From the sequence record PQ758390.1: a DNA stretch of 37,128 nt; one strand, written 5' to 3'. The position numbers and the translations under genes are program-made. Under the pieces are notes generated by a model. That model saw only the letters and a list, made by a program, of their open reading frames with translations. It was not told where the DNA came from and searched no databases. Within the stretch, counting starts at the first letter, position 1, and each line of letters opens with the position of its first letter. Source of the stretch: Pseudomonas phage 5400. This document shows, piece after piece, positions 33,402-37,128 of this stretch.

Positions 33402-33814
33402 AGAAGTTGATTGGGCTGGCCATGTTGATGGCGCTGGTGGGGTGTTCCACAAACCAGACTTCAGCCGAGAACGCCGAGCGAGTTCCGGCTTCACGTGTCT
33501 CTTACAACGGGTCCGGTGATTCCAGCGTGCAGATCACTCGTGATAGTGGCGCTCTTGGTTCTGGCTGCTATCTCGGTATCTTCTGGGATGGGCAGTTGGC
33601 GGCTCGTATTGGAAGTGGTGAAACGGTAAGGCTTTCGGTGCCTTCCGGCGAGCACCTAGTTGGTATGGGCGATGACCCACATGGTAATGGCCTGTGCGCT
33701 ATAGGCGGCAATGCCATGCGCGAAGTGCCCGCCAACCTCAAGCCTGGGCAAAACAGGCGCTATAGGGTTTCAGGTGATATGGGCGGATTCCAGATCGCGC
33801 CCAGCTCCTTCTGA
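33398..33814 (+). CDS. lipoprotein (tail-operon moron)
   Basis: Signal peptide plus lipobox LVGCS. ATGA overlap with the upstream membrane-protein gene. Confidence 0.7.
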   Translation: MKKLIGLAMLMALVGCSTNQTSAENAERVPASRVSYNGSGDSSVQITRDSGALGSGCYLGIFWDGQLAARIGSGETVRLSVPSGEHLVGMGDDPHGNGLCAIGGNAMREVPANLKPGQNRRYRVSGDMGGFQIAPSSF

Positions 33815-33822
33815 AGTAGATA

Positions 33823-33850
33823 GGCCGCCTCCGGGCGGCCTTATCGTTTA
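33823..33850 (+). terminator. hairpin GGCCGCC-TCCG-GGCGGCC plus T-rich tail after the moron
   Basis: Perfect 7-bp GC stem, then TTATCGTTTATGGAGA and the ATG of the gpI-like gene. Confidence 0.4.
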
Positions 33851-33862
33851 TGGAGATGTGAA

Positions 33863-34435
33863 ATGCTCGGTTCTACTCCTACGGTCATCAAGCTATCCGG
33901 CCCTCTGATTCGGGAATTTGGCCGCGAGCACACGCGATTTCTCGACACCGGGTCGGTGCAAGAGGCGTTCAGCGCTCTTCGAAATACCCTGCCTGGCTTT
34001 AAGGAAGCGATCGCCAGGCTTCGGGCCTTGGGGATGCGGTTCGCGATTTTCCGTAATCGGAAGAATGTGGGCGAGGATGCTTTTGCTGGGAGCGGAGCGC
34101 GGGAGATTCGCATTGTCCCGGTGATCGCAGGCAGCAAGCGCGCAGGGCTGCTGCAGACAATCGTCGGTGTGGCGCTAATGGTCGCCAGTATCTGGACTGG
34201 ACCTACTACCTTTCAGATCGGCGCGGCGCTGACGTTGGGCGGTGTTGCTCAGATGCTCAGCCCCCAAGCCAAGGGCCTGAGCCAGTCAGCCGCCCCGGAG
34301 AACCTGCCCAGCTACGCCTTCGGCAGTGCGAAGAACACCACCGCCAGCGGTAACCCTGTGCCGCTCTGCTTCGGCAAACGACGCTGGGGTGGCGCCATCA
34401 TCAGCGCCTCGGTCTACGCCGAAGACAAGACCTGA
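33863..34435 (+). CDS. tail assembly protein (lambda gpI-like)
   Basis: IRIVPVIAGSKRAGLLQTIVGVALMV ... FGSAKNTTASGNPVPLCFGKRRWGGAIIS resembles gpI. Confidence 0.8.
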   Translation: MLGSTPTVIKLSGPLIREFGREHTRFLDTGSVQEAFSALRNTLPGFKEAIARLRALGMRFAIFRNRKNVGEDAFAGSGAREIRIVPVIAGSKRAGLLQTIVGVALMVASIWTGPTTFQIGAALTLGGVAQMLSPQAKGLSQSAAPENLPSYAFGSAKNTTASGNPVPLCFGKRRWGGAIISASVYAEDKT

Positions 34436-34453
34436 TCTGACCATTCAAGAACA

Positions 34454-34476
34454 GCCGCCGCGAGGCGGTTTTTTTA
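34454..34476 (+). terminator. terminator-like hairpin plus T7 immediately before the gpJ-like gene, paralogous to the one before TMP
   Basis: GCCGCC-GCGA-GGCGGT then TTTTTTT, followed by ATGCCTGGAGAAACGT ATG. Confidence 0.45.
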
Positions 34477-34491
34477 TGCCTGGAGAAACGT

Positions 34492-37128
34492 ATGGGCGCC
34501 GACGTTCAGCAGCACCTCACCGGCCGCAAGGGCGGCAGCAGCAAGCCCAAGCAGCCGTCGATCGCCCGCGACAGCTTGCAGTCCGTGGCCACCGCCAAGC
34601 TGTTGCTGGCGGTGGGGGAGGGCGAGTTTGCTGAAACGCCCACTGACCGGGATATCTACCTGGACAACACCCCGCTGATGGACGCCAGCGGCAACGTCAA
34701 CTTCCCCAACGTGAAGTGGGAATGGCGCAGCGGCAGTGTCGATCAAGACTACATCCCCGGCATCCCCTCGGTGGAGAACGAGACCACGGTGAACGTGGAG
34801 CTGCGCAGCGACACCCCGTGGGTGCGTTCGGTGACCAACACCCAGTTGTCCGCCGTGCGCCTGCGCTTCGCCTGGCCGGCCCTGCAGAAGCAGGAGAGCA
34901 GTGGGGACGTGAACGGCTACCGGATCGAGTATGCCGTAGACGTCAGCACCGACGGCGGCGCCTACCAGCAGGTGTTGCTGGATGCTGTCGACGGCAAGAC
35001 CACCAGCCGCTATGAGCGGAGCCAGCGCATCGACCTGCCGGCGGCGACCACTGGCTGGCAGGTACGCGTGCGCCGGATCACGCCGAACCAGAACAGCAGC
35101 TTGATCGCCGACACCATGCTGATCGCCGGTCTGACTGAGGTGATCGACGCGAAGCTGCGCTACCCAAACACAGCTCTGCTCTACATCGAGTTCAGCGCAG
35201 AGCAGTTCAGCAACATTCCGGCCGTCACCGTCGAGTGCAAGGCCCGCAAGGTCCAAGTGCCGACCACCTACGACCCGGAGCTGCGCACGTACACCGGCGT
35301 CTGGGATGGCAGTTTCAAGAGCGCCTGGACCAACAATCCCGCGTGGATCACCTACGACATCAGCACCAACGCGCGCTTCGGCCTGGGCAAGCGGATCAAG
35401 CCCTGGATGGTGGACAAGTGGGAGCTCTACAAGATCGCCCAGTATTGCGACCAATTGGTGCCAGACGGGAAGGGCGGCCAGGAGCCGCGCTTTCTGTGTG
35501 ATCTGAACCTGCAGTCGCGCTCCCAGGCATGGACACTGCTGCGGGATATCGCGGCGATCTATCGGGGGATGAGCTATTGGGCGCAGGGCCAGCTTGTGTC
35601 GCAGGCCGACATGCCGCGCACTGCCGACTTCGACTACGTGTTCACCCGGGCGAATGTGATTGACGGGAAGATGACCTACGGCGCCGCCTCGGCTCGCACC
35701 AGATATAGCCGCGCCCTGGTCAGCTACGACAACCCGGCGAACAACTACGACACCGACGTGACGGGCTATTCCGACGCGCCGTTGCTGCGTCGCTATGGCG
35801 ACAACCCGGTTGAGCTGTCTGCCATCGGCTGTACGCGAGAGAGCGAGGCGCAGCGGCGCGGAAAGTGGGCGGTGCTGACCAGCGTGCAGGACCGCACCAT
35901 CACCTTCGCCACCGGTATGGAAGGCCGGATTCCGCTGCCGGGCTACATCATCCCGGTGGCTGACTCTCTGCTGGCCGGCCGCGAGATTGGCGGCCGGATC
36001 TCGGCTGTTGCTGGCCGCGTGGTAACGCTCGATCGCGTCACTCAAGCCAAGGCCGGTGATCGCCTGATCATCAACCTGCCGAGCGGGCGCGCCGAGGGCC
36101 GGACGGTGCAGTCGGTCAACGGCAAGGCCGTCACCGTCACCGCGGCCTACTCGGAGGCGCCGGAGCCGGAACTGTGCTGGGCGCTCGACGCCGATGACCT
36201 GGCTGTCCAGCTCTATCGGGTGATGAGCACCAAGCGTGACGACAACGGCCAGTGGACCATCAACGGCCTGCAGTACGAGCCGAGCAAGTTCGACCACATC
36301 GATACCGGCGCACGGCTGGAGGAGCGCCCGATCAGCATCATCCCGGTCACCACCGTGCAGCCACCGGCCAGCGTCACGCTCTCGTCGCGCTGGACAATCG
36401 ACCAGGGGCTGGCGGTGAGCACCATGACGATCATCTGGCCGGCAGTGGAGGGCGCCGTCGCCTACGACGTGGAATGGAAGAAGGACAGCGGCAACTGGAT
36501 CCGCCTGCCGCGTGCCGGCACCACCAGCGTCGATGTGACCGGCATCTACGCAGGTGGATATCTGGCGCGAGTGCGTGCGGTGTCGGCCTTCGACATCACG
36601 TCGGTCTGGAAGAGTTCGATCCTGACCCAACTCAGCGGTAAGACCGGCGCGCCGCCGGCGTTGGCATTCCTGCGTACCACCAGCGGACCGTGGAAGATCG
36701 GCCTGGAGTGGGGATTCCCGGCCAGTGGCGCGGCGGACACCGCCTACACCGAGATCCAACAGTCGGTCACCCCGGGCGGCAGCGAACAGAACGCAACTGC
36801 CCTGGGCTTGTTCGCATACCCGACCGACACCCACACGCTGACCTCGCTGGCGGCCGGCGCTCGCCTGGCCTTCCGCGGGCGGCTGATCGACCGGACCGGC
36901 AACGTCGGCCCATGGTCGGCCTGGGTCGACGGCATCAGCTCGACGGATGCGAGCGAGTACAACGAACTGATCACCAAGGAGTACGTCGAGTCCGCACTGG
37001 GCGAGCAGTTCTTCGAAAATATCGAGCAGATCGGCGGTAACGTCGACCAGTTGATGGAGCAGTACTACGACGCCGGCACGGTATACCAGAAGGGCCAGAT
37101 CGTTCGATTGAACGGCAGGTTCTATCAA
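34492..37128 (+). CDS. tail tip / host-specificity protein (lambda gpJ-like), 5' partial: runs off the window end
   Basis: 879 codons open from the ATG at 34492 to the window edge. N-terminus MGADVQQHLTGRKGGSSKPKQPSIARDSLQSVATAKLL is the classic gpJ start. Missing from the ORF track only because it has no stop in the window. Confidence 0.9.
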   Translation, partial: MGADVQQHLTGRKGGSSKPKQPSIARDSLQSVATAKLLLAVGEGEFAETPTDRDIYLDNTPLMDASGNVNFPNVKWEWRSGSVDQDYIPGIPSVENETTVNVELRSDTPWVRSVTNTQLSAVRLRFAWPALQKQESSGDVNGYRIEYAVDVSTDGGAYQQVLLDAVDGKTTSRYERSQRIDLPAATTGWQVRVRRITPNQNSSLIADTMLIAGLTEVIDAKLRYPNTALLYIEFSAEQFSNIPAVTVECKARKVQVPTTYDPELRTYTGVWDGSFKSAWTNNPAWITYDISTNARFGLGKRIKPWMVDKWELYKIAQYCDQLVPDGKGGQEPRFLCDLNLQSRSQAWTLLRDIAAIYRGMSYWAQGQLVSQADMPRTADFDYVFTRANVIDGKMTYGAASARTRYSRALVSYDNPANNYDTDVTGYSDAPLLRRYGDNPVELSAIGCTRESEAQRRGKWAVLTSVQDRTITFATGMEGRIPLPGYIIPVADSLLAGREIGGRISAVAGRVVTLDRVTQAKAGDRLIINLPSGRAEGRTVQSVNGKAVTVTAAYSEAPEPELCWALDADDLAVQLYRVMSTKRDDNGQWTINGLQYEPSKFDHIDTGARLEERPISIIPVTTVQPPASVTLSSRWTIDQGLAVSTMTIIWPAVEGAVAYDVEWKKDSGNWIRLPRAGTTSVDVTGIYAGGYLARVRAVSAFDITSVWKSSILTQLSGKTGAPPALAFLRTTSGPWKIGLEWGFPASGAADTAYTEIQQSVTPGGSEQNATALGLFAYPTDTHTLTSLAAGARLAFRGRLIDRTGNVGPWSAWVDGISSTDASEYNELITKEYVESALGEQFFENIEQIGGNVDQLMEQYYDAGTVYQKGQIVRLNGRFYQ

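Noticed and set aside
34474-37128. 884-aa ORF on the minus strand
   Set aside because: It is antisense to the gpJ-like gene. The plus frame has a recognisable gpJ N-terminus and gene context. The long antisense frame is the usual high-GC artefact.
1-37128. CRISPR arrays, rRNA, IS elements
   Set aside because: I saw no regularly spaced direct repeats with unique spacers, no rRNA-like sequence, and no transposase-like ORF with terminal inverted repeats. The only repeat arrays are the ori iterons, the operator half-sites, the cos-region repeats and the paralogous terminators.

Overview
The window opens with about 300 bp of host DNA that ends at a 3'-terminal tmRNA (ssrA) fragment on the minus strand, preceded by a host-side terminator. 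I read this as a prophage attachment site. Almost all the rest, about 340 to 37128, is one lambdoid prophage in lambda-like gene order. Its head and tail genes are HK97-like, typical of a siphovirus. GC is high, around 63-65%, and the tmRNA 3' end is of the Pseudomonas type as I recall it. Reading left to right: a low-GC two-gene moron with its own promoter, then integrase and an excisionase-like protein, then a leftward early operon whose genes are translationally coupled. That operon carries a 38-codon hydrophobic peptide, an Arc-type regulator, an SPFH lipoprotein with a small membrane partner, and a LuxR-type regulator. Next is a low-GC BrnT/BrnA-like toxin-antitoxin pair sitting in the lambda rexAB position beside a CI-type repressor (HTH plus S24 peptidase) and a divergent Cro-like gene. 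A GGTACA/TGTACC half-site motif recurs on both sides of the repressor. Rightward come small early genes, a Rha-family regulator, an O-like initiator with five 22-bp iterons inside it, a DnaC-like loader, a DnaB helicase and a Q-like antiterminator. An 800-bp stretch follows with four tandem intrinsic terminators and one small gene. Then come holin, a GH19 endolysin, Rz with an embedded Rz1, an HNH endonuclease, a candidate cos region and terS/terL. The morphogenetic block runs portal, prohead protease, major capsid, connector proteins, major tail protein, and G/GT chaperones with a canonical GGGAAAG -1 slip site. It continues with the tape measure protein, gpM, gpL, gpK, a low-GC membrane-protein plus lipoprotein moron, gpI, and the first 879 codons of a gpJ-like tail-tip protein that runs off the window. 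All family assignments are from reading the translations, with no database search. Coordinates taken from the ORF track are exact. Those I worked out by hand (small ORFs, hairpins, motifs) may be a few nucleotides off.
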